Origin: a virus
Taxonomy: Duplodnaviria > Caudoviricetes
Direction: 5' to 3' (one strand)
Virus record (IMG/VR): IMGVR_UViG_3300020336_000004
Coordinates: 1-64,000 of that record
DNA: 64,000 bases
Shown: piece after piece, positions 38,997 through 48,501 of the stretch
Position numbering within the stretch: the stretch's first letter is position 1
How the letters are laid out: every line of letters starts with the position of its first letter
Program-made: the position numbers and the translations under genes
The notes under the pieces: model-generated
The model's database searches: none
Told to the model about the DNA's origin: nothing
What the model saw: the letters and a program-made list of their open reading frames with translations, nothing else

Positions 38997-39377
38997 TTAG
39001 TTGAGCTCCGTTATCTTTTCATTGTTTTGTTCAACGCTAGTCATGTCAAAGTTTACACTTACTCCACAACCACATGCACTTTGAGCATTTGGATTATTAA
39101 TTACAAATTGTGTTTGGAATACGTCTCTACTATAGTCTATTTCAGATCCAAACAAATACATTAAACTAGTAGAATCAATAACAAGTTTACCATCTCCACA
39201 GTTAACTATTTCGTCATTAACGCCAACATCATTTTTTTCACACATATCCCATTCGTACTCAAACCCTGCACAGCCACCGCCTTTTAAACCTAAATGTACT
39301 GCGAAATGCTTAGGCTCTACACTGCATAGCTCGTTTATCTTATCTTTAGCTGACTTTGTTATAGTAATAGGTAACAT
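38997..39377 (-). CDS. iscA: A-type Fe-S carrier IscA/HesB
   Basis: GGGCAGFEY, NPNAQSACGCGVS. Confidence 0.92.
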   Translation of the reverse strand: MLPITITKSAKDKINELCSVEPKHFAVHLGLKGGGCAGFEYEWDMCEKNDVGVNDEIVNCGDGKLVIDSTSLMYLFGSEIDYSRDVFQTQFVINNPNAQSACGCGVSVNFDMTSVEQNNEKITELN

Positions 39378-39397
39378 ATGTGCTCCTTAATTATATG

Positions 39398-39405
39398 TAT
39401 TTATC
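39398..39405 (-). promoter_or_regulatory. Late promoter motif upstream of iscA and the tail operon
   Basis: GATAAATA in the intergenic gap. Confidence 0.55.
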
Positions 39406-39438
39406 GGATCGTTTTATAATCTTAATGTAAATATAGTT

Positions 39439-39726
39439 ATGTATATTAAAGAATTCAAAAAAAAGAGTTGGCATGAACGTGCAAGTAAATGCGGACATAA
39501 ACATAGGTATGTACGCGAAAGCACATATGTTGTTCTAAGATGTGACAACTGTGGTGTAGAGTTTGAACGTGCAAGAGGTAGTATGGATCCTAAAAGAATA
39601 TCAAACAATTACTTTCATGTATGTAAGAACTGTGATGCAAAGGTATTTGCACAGAAAAAAGGCATTGAACGTAAACAAATTTGGGATATGCCTGCGTCCA
39701 GTGCCTTAGATATCAGCAAAATCTAG
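39439..39726 (+). CDS. Small Zn-finger-like protein
   Basis: CDNC...HVCKNC; TAAATA 5 nt before ATG. Confidence 0.6.
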   Translation: MYIKEFKKKSWHERASKCGHKHRYVRESTYVVLRCDNCGVEFERARGSMDPKRISNNYFHVCKNCDAKVFAQKKGIERKQIWDMPASSALDISKI

Positions 39727-39887
39727 TTTTCTTGTTTCCAAATAGTCCATGCACCGTATGCAATAGCGGCATATGCGGCTAACTTAGCAAAAGGCCCTGC
39801 AATTAATACGATAACACCAACAACAATTAGTGCGGCTCCGTCCCAAGATGTACGTTCATCTAATCTATTTTTAATCCAGTTTCTCAT
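39723..39887 (-). CDS. Small membrane protein (absent from ORF track)
   Basis: Manual translation MRNWIKNRLDERTSWDGAALIVVG...; SD AGGAG. Confidence 0.6.
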   Translation of the reverse strand: MRNWIKNRLDERTSWDGAALIVVGVIVLIAGPFAKLAAYAAIAYGAWTIWKQEN

Positions 39888-39976
39888 ATTATTCTCCTAT
39901 TAAGAGTTCATTTTAATGTCTCTTATATGCATATTTAGTTAAATATATACTGCCAACGCTAATATTAGGAGAAATT

Positions 39977-40213
39977 ATGTTTAATTGGTTTAAAAAACTT
40001 TTGGGTTTTGGAACAGTAACAAACGTTGTAAACGAAGTGTTACCTGAACCTAAGCAACCTATTAAAAAAGTTGCAGTAAAAAAAGCTGATCTTGCAAAAT
40101 TAACTAAAGATAAACTCGAAGCATTTGCTAAAGAGAATTACGAAGTTGATATTGATAAGAGAAGAAAGAAAGACGACTTAGTTAAAGAAGTCTTTGCATT
40201 ATCTAAGAAATAG
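39977..40213 (+). CDS. Small basic hypothetical protein
   Basis: SD AGGAG, 78 aa. Confidence 0.6.
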   Translation: MFNWFKKLLGFGTVTNVVNEVLPEPKQPIKKVAVKKADLAKLTKDKLEAFAKENYEVDIDKRRKKDDLVKEVFALSKK

Positions 40214-40514
40214 ATTTTAAAGAATTTAGTTTATTAATAGCAGATTCACAGCGAGCCAGTTTACGTTCTAAAACATTAATTGCGCCTCGCTGTTTCTTTA
40301 TCTGCTCTTCTAAGCTATTTACATATCGATGACTAGGAACTCTTTGTTCTAACCCATCTTCTGATACCATTACGAAATGATCAACACCTTGTCCTTTAAG
40401 ACCACCCGCTATGCGGTTAGGATTTTTTGTTGATACGTTTTCATGCGTTTTCGAGCTTACGTTCTTGCTGTTGTACATTCTGTTTAAATAGTTCATAGTG
40501 TTCCTTTGCGTCAT
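40203..40514 (-). CDS. Hypothetical coiled-coil protein
   Basis: KNPNRIAGGL motif, C-terminal coiled coil. Confidence 0.55.
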   Translation of the reverse strand: MTQRNTMNYLNRMYNSKNVSSKTHENVSTKNPNRIAGGLKGQGVDHFVMVSEDGLEQRVPSHRYVNSLEEQIKKQRGAINVLERKLARCESAINKLNSLKSIS

Positions 40515-41535
40515 AATATTTATACAAGTCTATACTTGCTAGATTTTTACATTTAGATTCACACATGATATCTGCATAAGGTAAAAATGACAGTGCCCAA
40601 TCATTAACAAGTTGATTAGGATAGTAATCGCTGTGAGCTCGTAATTTAGCTTTCTTATAACCTGCCTCTAATAATGTATTCATATCGGGCATAGTGTCGT
40701 GTGCAAAGTCTGCAGGTAGATGTTCGTCTCTACTGTAAGAATAATGTATTGCTGGACGTACACCACGCCACGAATCTATTACGCGAGTAAATCTATCGTC
40801 GGTGGGTAATATGTATTCACCTTCACGGCACCAGTGATGGTGTATGTCAAGTACGAGAGCACAGGTGTCGACAAGTTCAAGACTTGCGTCGATGCCCCAT
40901 TTGTTCTCGTCATTTTCGATTGTAATCGTGTTTCTCGCTTCTGGAGAAAGTCTCTTGTTGACAACGTGCTTGATACCGGCTGGACCTTTACGACCGGATA
41001 TGTGGACATTGCACTTGAAGTCTTGGAATGTTTGGCCGTAGCCCATCCATCTGATGCAATCAACATGATATTCAAACTCCTCTATTGATCTTTCGACGAT
41101 ATCATCGTTGTCACTGGCCAGTACTGTAAACTGACCGGGATGCATCGATAATCTGACATCGAGGGCTCTTGCTGTTTCTCCGACTTTTCTAAATGCTTTT
41201 TCAGCGAATGCACGTACATCATTACGCTTCCAATAATAACTCCAATCAGACTGGGTATAAACAGGAAGCACATCACTACCCAATCGTACCATCCGAAGTT
41301 CAGGGGGAAGTTCTCCAACATATTTTATTAACCTTTCATATGACGCAATGTTATGGACCATAATGTCCCATAAGCGTTCTTCAGCAACGTCGCGTGTCTG
41401 TCTATTCAGCCACTGTACAGTAGTGCTTCGAGTATTTAGCGGTCGCTGTATTTCCTCAAGTAATTTCTTTTTTTGTGTTTGGTCAGGATGCATGTACTTA
41501 CATGCAAAGCCTATACGTTTAATGTCCGTGTCCAA
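40441..41535 (-). CDS. uvsE: UV damage endonuclease UvsE/UVDE
   Basis: RIGFAC, RLSMHPGQF, IENDE, LDIHHH, AHSDY, MCESKCK. Confidence 0.9.
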   Translation of the reverse strand: MDTDIKRIGFACKYMHPDQTQKKKLLEEIQRPLNTRSTTVQWLNRQTRDVAEERLWDIMVHNIASYERLIKYVGELPPELRMVRLGSDVLPVYTQSDWSYYWKRNDVRAFAEKAFRKVGETARALDVRLSMHPGQFTVLASDNDDIVERSIEEFEYHVDCIRWMGYGQTFQDFKCNVHISGRKGPAGIKHVVNKRLSPEARNTITIENDENKWGIDASLELVDTCALVLDIHHHWCREGEYILPTDDRFTRVIDSWRGVRPAIHYSYSRDEHLPADFAHDTMPDMNTLLEAGYKKAKLRAHSDYYPNQLVNDWALSFLPYADIMCESKCKNLASIDLYKYYDAKEHYELFKQNVQQQERKLENA

Positions 41536-41707
41536 AGTGTACCCCAGTAAAATATCCTATTACTAATGACAATGGTATAATAATTAATAAATCTGTTAAC
41601 CAATGTAGTGCGATAGCAAGAGATATAATTTCTTTCCAGTGTAATTTGCATACATCTGCCCAGTGTTTTATACGTTTTGTTATCATAAATTTTTCAATAA
41701 TTTCCAT
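41519..41707 (-). CDS. Small membrane protein
   Basis: 62 aa, hydrophobic C-half. Confidence 0.45.
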   Translation of the reverse strand: MEIIEKFMITKRIKHWADVCKLHWKEIISLAIALHWLTDLLIIIPLSLVIGYFTGVHFGHGH

Positions 41708-42408
41708 GTTTCATTGTAATCTTTTATATTATAACACATTCCTAAGTCCTTGTCAATGATTTCTTTTTTGAGAGGATAGTCATTTCCTGCAGGGTCCATT
41801 CTATCTCCAAAGAAATGTATTTCATCTCTAGGATCAAAGTCAACTAGAATTTGACTTTTATCTTTACCTTTGGGTGAGATATCAATACCTGTTTCTCCTC
41901 CTGGTCTAGCAATTAAATGATCAAATTGGTTATTAAATAATTCTGCAATTATATTTCGTTCGTTATGTTCTTTATCGTATTTTACATACAGTTTACGTTC
42001 ACCTAATGTAGCATTACGTCCTACAATACTAAAGTTAATCATACCGGGTCGTTCTTCAATGTGTAGACCAGTGCGTAATGGAAAAGAACTTTCTTCTAAT
42101 TTATCTTCTAACCACGATCTTTCAAATAAAGATATTTTCCATTCATCTGATCTAATATGTGTTTCACCTTCCCAAATATCACTACCTGAACAGTTGTATA
42201 CACGTTTAGTAAGACTATAAATTTCCTCACCTATCTGTTCTATAGTTTTTTCTTTGTCGCTTCCTGTAACAAGATACACATCATTCTCAGCACAGAAGTT
42301 ACTAAAGAACACAGCAAAGTCACTGTCAATTACTTGACGACTTGGTGTTAGTGTACCATCAACGTCAAATATATAATGTTTTTTTACTTCCAATTTTCTA
42401 CTACCCAT
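41683..42408 (-). CDS. HAD-IIB phosphomannomutase (eukaryote-type PMM family)
   Basis: FDVDGTLTPSR, VTGSD, IEERPGMINFS, GGETGIDI, FFGD...GNDY. Confidence 0.85.
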   Translation of the reverse strand: MGSRKLEVKKHYIFDVDGTLTPSRQVIDSDFAVFFSNFCAENDVYLVTGSDKEKTIEQIGEEIYSLTKRVYNCSGSDIWEGETHIRSDEWKISLFERSWLEDKLEESSFPLRTGLHIEERPGMINFSIVGRNATLGERKLYVKYDKEHNERNIIAELFNNQFDHLIARPGGETGIDISPKGKDKSQILVDFDPRDEIHFFGDRMDPAGNDYPLKKEIIDKDLGMCYNIKDYNETWKLLKNL

Positions 42409-43187
42409 GGGTCATCACAGTTATGAGGATTAGGATCTCCATGAAAAACACAAACCTTACATGTTTCGGGAGGCTTACAATGTTCTACTATTTTAAATTT
42501 TCTATCACCTCGCATACCGCCTGGTAAGAATTGTTTGTCTCTTCTAATTTCCCATTTCCAACTTAGTATCCAATCATCAGGCCAATAAATTGCATTTTTA
42601 TCAGCTTCATACAACCAATCCTGATCTCCGTGCATACGTTTCATAATATTTACGGCACCTTTTTTAAAGCCGGTCCATACATGATCAAGTTGTCCTGTAT
42701 CAAATCTAACAATACTACTATTGTACTTTACCCAGCTAGGACGCATTTTTCTAGTAAAGTCTCTAATTGCACACCACCTGCCTGGTTTGTATGTAAACAG
42801 CTCGTCTATATTGCCACTTAGAATTACATCTAAATCCATATATAATATTGTACCTTTAATAGGTAAGTCTTTAGAAAACATATAAGGTTTGCACCACCAT
42901 CCTGTAAGTTCGGGTGGCAATGGGTGTGTAACAATATTACCGTTTAGTCCTTTTGGATCATCAGTTAAACAAACAAATTGATAATCAAGAGTACAGTTAC
43001 GACTGACCATATCGTATAATCTATTAACATATTCTGAAGAATACTTCTTTCCGTGTTTTAAACTTAACAGAAAATATTTTGGTTGAGTAGCAGGTACAAT
43101 AGTTATACCTGCTTTCTCAGCTTTTATTTTATTTTTTCTTGCTTTGCGTTCAGCTTTTGTTTCGCCGGCTGTATATGTCTTAGCCAT
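42384..43187 (-). CDS. GT-A fold glycosyltransferase
   Basis: GKKYSSEYVNRL, LYMDLDV (DxD), NSS, GDQDW, VFHGDPNPH. Confidence 0.75.
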   Translation of the reverse strand: MAKTYTAGETKAERKARKNKIKAEKAGITIVPATQPKYFLLSLKHGKKYSSEYVNRLYDMVSRNCTLDYQFVCLTDDPKGLNGNIVTHPLPPELTGWWCKPYMFSKDLPIKGTILYMDLDVILSGNIDELFTYKPGRWCAIRDFTRKMRPSWVKYNSSIVRFDTGQLDHVWTGFKKGAVNIMKRMHGDQDWLYEADKNAIYWPDDWILSWKWEIRRDKQFLPGGMRGDRKFKIVEHCKPPETCKVCVFHGDPNPHNCDDPWVVENWK

Positions 43188-43659
43188 CTACAAACGACAT
43201 CTTCTGTACTTGAAAGGGTGTATAGATAGCACTATTTGCACCGTGTTCGCTACATTCAACTGACTCACACCAACAACGGTTATCTGTTCCTTCACGTATC
43301 AGTTTGTCTGCAAATGCCCATGCATGTTCGGCAAATTTTTCTGCACCAACACCGTCAAAAGTTCTAATTTCTGCTAGACCTTTTTCTTCTAGAGCTTTTA
43401 GTGTTTCAAGTTCTGGGTCAGCAATATCAACTGCTGTCTTGTGATCAAATGAATCTTCAAGCCAAGCCTTCAAAGGTTTTAATCCTCCAAAGTCAACAGC
43501 CCAATTTTTTTCATCTAATTCTCTACAACCAAATGTAAACTTAAATGCTAAACTGTAACCATGTAGTAGGTGACAGTGTGAATGCATTGCTTTGGGTTGA
43601 CGGAACACTGCTGAAAGTCCTATATTGTGTCCGTATGTTTTAGTACTGTAGTATGCCAT
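43180..43659 (-). CDS. queD: QueD / 6-pyruvoyl-tetrahydropterin synthase family
   Basis: HCHLLHGYS, VDFGGLK, FDHKT, GAEKFAE, EHGANSA. Confidence 0.88.
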   Translation of the reverse strand: MAYYSTKTYGHNIGLSAVFRQPKAMHSHCHLLHGYSLAFKFTFGCRELDEKNWAVDFGGLKPLKAWLEDSFDHKTAVDIADPELETLKALEEKGLAEIRTFDGVGAEKFAEHAWAFADKLIREGTDNRCWCESVECSEHGANSAIYTPFQVQKMSFVDG

Positions 43660-43716
43660 ATTTTTCTCCTATAAAACGGCGGAGTATTTTAAGAGGGTCG
43701 ACGTATAAGTCCTCTA
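43660..43716 (-). promoter_or_regulatory. Structured queD 5' leader, preQ1-I riboswitch-like
   Basis: AGAGG-ACUUAUACGUCGAC-CCUCU stem-loop, A-rich tail UAAAAUAC, then SD AGGAG. Confidence 0.5.
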
Positions 43717-43733
43717 GTGTTAATAATGTGTTT

Positions 43734-43762
43734 ATTATATTATAAATTGTCCACAATGTCAA
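43734..43762 (-). promoter_or_regulatory. Consensus sigma70 promoter for queD
   Basis: TTGACA-N17-TATAAT. Confidence 0.85.
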
Positions 43763-44315
43763 GAGAAACATTTGAAAAAATCCAGTTATCGGGCAAATTC
43801 CAATCTTTTTTATTGTAGATAGTAAATTTTGTATTTGGAAAACATTCAAATATTTTGCCAATTTGATAAATCCAATATCTAGGATCAACTGCATTTTTGT
43901 GTGAGTCATCATATCCGTGTGTATTTTTATAAATGTTATTTAATTTATTGTCTATACCATATAAATCAAATCCGACTAGATCAACTTTATTGCTCTCTAA
44001 AGCGCCTATCAAAATAGCATACGGTCCACTACCCCAATGAAAAGGATCGTCTGGTCTATTACTTCCTTTATAAGGTAATTCTGGTACAGGGACAACAGGA
44101 TAACTAAAACCACTAAGCCAATCTTTGCGAGTATAAATTACTGGCTTATATTCTTGCTCTAATGCTTCTTTAACCATTCTGCGATCAACGCATACTAGGT
44201 AATCAACAGGATAGTCTCTAAGAACTGCATTACAACCTATAGTAAGATCGTAATCTCTACTCTTTAGGCTTATGTTCTTTCGGCTTTCTCCGTTTCCTAT
44301 TACTAGACAGGCCAT
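43740..44315 (-). CDS. Hypothetical protein, MAF/DUF115 or sialyltransferase-like fold
   Basis: CLVIGNGESR, IGCNA, WGSGPYA, LVGFD. Confidence 0.55.
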   Translation of the reverse strand: MACLVIGNGESRKNISLKSRDYDLTIGCNAVLRDYPVDYLVCVDRRMVKEALEQEYKPVIYTRKDWLSGFSYPVVPVPELPYKGSNRPDDPFHWGSGPYAILIGALESNKVDLVGFDLYGIDNKLNNIYKNTHGYDDSHKNAVDPRYWIYQIGKIFECFPNTKFTIYNKKDWNLPDNWIFSNVSLDIVDNL

Positions 44316-44613
44316 TTAAATCCTCTTTAATACTTTTTACTTCTGTACTTATTTCAGTAAACTTATCTAATGTGGTTTGAATAGATGTAAGGACATCTCT
44401 AATAGATGCCATTGTCCACCACCACCATAATATAGTTATAGAGAAAAATACACACGTTAAAATAATTGACAGTTTTGTATAGAACTCGTTCCATCCAAGG
44501 TAGTCTGTTAGTAATAATAATGCTAATGAAATAAGGGGGAGAGCACTTGCAAGTATAACCCATATACGATATTGTGTAAGTCGTTTAACTAACCGGTTGT
44601 CTTTTCCTAGCAT
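44257..44613 (-). CDS. Two-TM membrane protein
   Basis: Two hydrophobic helices, basic tail. Confidence 0.55.
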   Translation of the reverse strand: MLGKDNRLVKRLTQYRIWVILASALPLISLALLLLTDYLGWNEFYTKLSIILTCVFFSITILWWWWTMASIRDVLTSIQTTLDKFTEISTEVKSIKEDLNGLSSNRKRRKPKEHKPKE

Positions 44614-44625
44614 TCATGATTCTCA

Positions 44626-45735
44626 CTACTTAGATATTTGCCCAAAAGCATTCCACATTCCAGGAGTACCTTCTCTTACACATATCCATCCAACGTAACC
44701 TGACGGTGCCGGAGCATCATTCCATATTATGTCACCTTTAGAATATGTTCCTGAAGTAGGAATATTATTTGCAACTTCAAATTTTTTGTTTTGGAATCTT
44801 ACTGGGCCGCTTGTAGTGATACTTGCATCTTTGGAATAATTTTTAACTCCAACACCAATGCTGTTTTTTATTCTAACATCTTCGTAAATGTCTACTGTGC
44901 CGTTTTTGTCAACTTCAATTCTTGTCGTATCATCAGTGATGATTTGTAGGTTACTAGTTGACCAAGTACCTAATTTAAATTTTTTATCTTCTGTTGGATC
45001 AATAACAAATTCGTGATCAAGAGATCTAATTGCTAATGCTCCATTAGGATCTGCACAACCTAAACCTAATCGTTGTGTATCACTGTCCCAATATACAAAG
45101 TTATCAATATCAACATTGCCATCTACACTAAGATTTTCTAAAGTACCTACTGTTTGTAAGTTACTTCTTACAACTGTATTGCCTAACTGATTTAGTGATA
45201 GAACTTCAGTATTACCTATACTAAAATGTCTATCTCTTTGTAGGTCTACAATTTCACTTGAGAAAAGCCTATCGGGTTTTGATTGTAGTGTAAACTGTTT
45301 AGTAGTTCCTGATGATGGCCATATTAAACCTTTACCAAACGCTGGTTTATTTCCTTCGCTTAAGAACTGTAACGGTTCTGTTCTTTCGTTTCTTATGTCT
45401 GCACTAATTTCATTTACGTGTAATTTAGTAGCAGTTATTTCTCCGTCTACAGTTAGTGCGCCTTTGATGTTTAAACTGTTTTCTACGCTATTAACATGCA
45501 TAGCAGTAACATGTAAACCGTCATTACTTACAGTTAATACAGTTTTGTTTGCTTTATCGTCAATACCTACACTAGAAAAATTAGTAATCTTTCCACCGTT
45601 AATTTTATTACCTGATATTGCTCTATCAAGCGGTTCGGGTGCGACTACAGGCTTGTTCAGTATCTCTTGTAAGGCATCGCCTACACTGTTTAAACCTTCG
45701 CGGAAGTTCTGTGTAATCTCATCATTAGTGCTCAT
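44626..45735 (-). CDS. Probable virion/tail-associated protein
   Basis: Beta-rich, C-terminal GDIIWN...GWICVREGTPG; late motif 5 nt before ATG (45741-45748). Confidence 0.6.
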   Translation of the reverse strand: MSTNDEITQNFREGLNSVGDALQEILNKPVVAPEPLDRAISGNKINGGKITNFSSVGIDDKANKTVLTVSNDGLHVTAMHVNSVENSLNIKGALTVDGEITATKLHVNEISADIRNERTEPLQFLSEGNKPAFGKGLIWPSSGTTKQFTLQSKPDRLFSSEIVDLQRDRHFSIGNTEVLSLNQLGNTVVRSNLQTVGTLENLSVDGNVDIDNFVYWDSDTQRLGLGCADPNGALAIRSLDHEFVIDPTEDKKFKLGTWSTSNLQIITDDTTRIEVDKNGTVDIYEDVRIKNSIGVGVKNYSKDASITTSGPVRFQNKKFEVANNIPTSGTYSKGDIIWNDAPAPSGYVGWICVREGTPGMWNAFGQISK

Positions 45736-45746
45736 GTAAGTATTTA

Positions 45747-47039
45747 TCAGATTGTCTTCAGGAGTATAGTTTCAAGATTTATACGCCCGTTGAGCTTAGT
45801 ATCTGTAGTTTTTATATCATCCATGAACTTACGTAGTGCTACTTTACCTGCACCTTTAAACTCTTTTAATTGTTCTTCAGGCTTACGCATTGTCTTTTGT
45901 ATACTTTCTTCTTCAATAAATCCAATGATAGTAGTACCTTTTACTTGTAGTCCACTACCTGGTCTTTGCATTCTTTGCGGATCTGGATCTTTAGCAACAT
46001 ATTTTCCTATCTTTCGAGTCTTAGTATTAAAGACCCAAAGCTCATTTGCGTATATAATGTCTGCAGGATTAATACTTACTAGATTATATTTGTCATCTTG
46101 TTTTTTATATTTAAGTTTAGCAACAAGTTTTTCTGCACTGTATACTTTTGCTTTACGTGGCCTGCGTGTTGCTTTAGCACTTTCAATTATCATATCACAT
46201 GCAACAAGAACTTTATCGATAGCATTACCCCATAACGTCATTTCTTTTTTAGTTCTATGTGAATATCCTTCTTTTAATTGTTCCCACATGTCTGCTGTAT
46301 GCTCGTCCATCTTTTTAAGCTGAGCAGGAGTAGGCATGTTTAACCAGTCATTAATTTCTTTCCACTCTGGTTGGAAAATGTCTTTGATCTTTCTAGCATG
46401 AGCTTGTGTAACTTTCATCTGGATGAAATGTTTTTTGATATCTAATCCGTCTATTTTAAATGTTTTTGGATCTTCTACAAACCCATCTAACCATATATCT
46501 ATTTTTTCACATGCGGAATATGCCTGTGCTAAAATTCTGTCTTGAATAGATATTACAGGCTTCTTGGCTTCTTTAGCTATTTCTTCATCTTTTTCTTTTT
46601 TAGCTTCTTTACCTGTATCAATAGCAATTTGAATACGTCTTTCTAAAAAGTCTATACTAGATTTAAGTTGTCCACTAGTACCTGGAAGACTATCCCAATA
46701 TTCAGATTCTTTGTTGCTTAGTCTAGGAGCACCCATCATATCCATACGAGCAACAATACTTGCCGTAATGCTTAATGCATGATTAGGTGCGGCTTTGACC
46801 CATCTAATTTGGTCTTCAGTATACTTGTCAGTTTGCTTCATCCATTCGTATACATAATCATACAAGTCTACACGTTTAAAGTGTTCATAGTACCAATCAT
46901 GTGTATGACGTCTAAAGCGATGTATTTGTTCGCCTGACCATTCTTCCCAGCCTTCCCAGCTAGGTTCTTTGAGTTTGGCACCCCTTTGTAACCGCGGAGC
47001 GGCTCTAGGTTTTCTCTTCTTAACTTTCGGTAAGGCCAA
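45747..47039 (-). CDS. Hypothetical T4-like phage protein
   Basis: 430 aa, TTG start with SD; promoter TAGACT-N17-TATAAT at 47072-47100. Confidence 0.65.
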   Translation of the reverse strand: MALPKVKKRKPRAAPRLQRGAKLKEPSWEGWEEWSGEQIHRFRRHTHDWYYEHFKRVDLYDYVYEWMKQTDKYTEDQIRWVKAAPNHALSITASIVARMDMMGAPRLSNKESEYWDSLPGTSGQLKSSIDFLERRIQIAIDTGKEAKKEKDEEIAKEAKKPVISIQDRILAQAYSACEKIDIWLDGFVEDPKTFKIDGLDIKKHFIQMKVTQAHARKIKDIFQPEWKEINDWLNMPTPAQLKKMDEHTADMWEQLKEGYSHRTKKEMTLWGNAIDKVLVACDMIIESAKATRRPRKAKVYSAEKLVAKLKYKKQDDKYNLVSINPADIIYANELWVFNTKTRKIGKYVAKDPDPQRMQRPGSGLQVKGTTIIGFIEEESIQKTMRKPEEQLKEFKGAGKVALRKFMDDIKTTDTKLNGRINLETILLKTI

Positions 47040-47115
47040 TTTTATTCTCCTAAAAAATTACGTCTACAAAGATTATATAGCCATTTGAGATAAAAGTCTA
47101 CTTTTTTTGACTTAA

Positions 47116-48435
47116 CTAAACTTTTTCGCCTGCGTCAAATCCGCGGAATGTTTTGAATCTTGGAAAGCGTAAACTGTACGTTCCATCTTGATTTTGTGTG
47201 ATAGCATCTGCTCTTACTTCTACAAGTTGACCTGGGATATTATCGCGACCAGTCCAAAACTCATCACGATTAACATCACTAAAGCCACTACCGACATTAA
47301 CATTAATTTTCTTTCCGTCATCAGTTCCTTCACAAACAAATGCACCAAGTCGTCCTTCATTTCGTCCTGTTCCTTCTTCAACATCTTTAACCTCCAATGT
47401 CACTTCTATAAATGGTTTAGCCTTAAGCCAAGCGTGAGTTCGTTTACATTCATACGGAGCATCAATGTCTTTGATCATAACACCTTCATAACCACCGTCT
47501 ACAGCCGCTTTATTAAGCCCTACAAAGCGTTCTTGTCCTTCTGTGGTGTCTAAGTCTACCTCTTCCCATTCAAGTGCTTGTACGTGCTTTAAAACGCTTC
47601 TATGATCCTCTACCCAGTGCTTAGTAATTTGGCTTCTAAAGCTCTGTGGCTTATCCCAACTACCGTTTTTAAAACAACCTAAAGGAATAGTATCAAACAA
47701 ATGTAATACTGCATCATCGTTTTGTACATTGTCTTTACGATGTACCTGTTTCATTAGATCCTGAAAGTTTGCACTCATTACTTCTCCGTCTAGTACTAGC
47801 GGATAAGGTACAGGATTTTCTTTAATTACTGTCTCAATCTCTTCAATAATGTGTCCAAAGTTATGAAACTGTTTTCCATTACGACTAAACATTTCTACTT
47901 TGTCGCCTTGGATAATAGTAATAACTCTTACACCGTCTAATTTAATTTCAATTTGTTTTTTGCCTACCATCTTCTTTTCATGGTTAGCTGAGTCATGTGC
48001 AAGTGAACAAGTAAAAGTAGGAATAGCATACTGTGGAAATTTTTTAGCAATCTTGTTTACAGTCTTTTCTGATACACCGCAACGTAAATCTTTTATTAAG
48101 ATACGTCTATAAAACATATTCCATTGTTCTGTAGTAGCAACACCCATTGCAAGTTCAATTGCATCACGTGCCGCATGACCCGTAAGTTCTCTTGCAATAA
48201 GTTTATCTGCAAGTTCTTTGAACACATTCCAACTTAGTCCTTGTCCTGTAAGTATATCTGTACGTTCAGGTACCTGCTTTACGCCAAATGTAACAAGTGG
48301 ATCAAGTGCCATCTGGACACCTTCGAAAAACTCGTCTAGTCCTTCTTGCATTGCTGATTGAATTACTGCTTCTTTAGCAAGACGACTATTGTCTAATTCT
48401 AATTTTTCAATTACTTGTTGTGGTTGTGTTCTCAT
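47116..48435 (-). CDS. ATP-dependent DNA ligase
   Basis: KLDGVR, LDGEV, GYEGVMIK, WLKAK, SLRFPRF. Confidence 0.95.
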   Translation of the reverse strand: MRTQPQQVIEKLELDNSRLAKEAVIQSAMQEGLDEFFEGVQMALDPLVTFGVKQVPERTDILTGQGLSWNVFKELADKLIARELTGHAARDAIELAMGVATTEQWNMFYRRILIKDLRCGVSEKTVNKIAKKFPQYAIPTFTCSLAHDSANHEKKMVGKKQIEIKLDGVRVITIIQGDKVEMFSRNGKQFHNFGHIIEEIETVIKENPVPYPLVLDGEVMSANFQDLMKQVHRKDNVQNDDAVLHLFDTIPLGCFKNGSWDKPQSFRSQITKHWVEDHRSVLKHVQALEWEEVDLDTTEGQERFVGLNKAAVDGGYEGVMIKDIDAPYECKRTHAWLKAKPFIEVTLEVKDVEEGTGRNEGRLGAFVCEGTDDGKKINVNVGSGFSDVNRDEFWTGRDNIPGQLVEVRADAITQNQDGTYSLRFPRFKTFRGFDAGEKV

Positions 48436-48466
48436 GTGTGCCTCTGTATAAATTAATTATGTTTAT

Positions 48467-48495
48467 ATATTAGCACAGTTTGTGTAGTATGTCAA
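48467..48495 (-). promoter_or_regulatory. Sigma70-type promoter for the ligase, immediately downstream of the tRNA pair
   Basis: TTGACA-N17-TAATAT. Confidence 0.65.
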
Positions 48496-48501
48496 CTAAA
48501 A

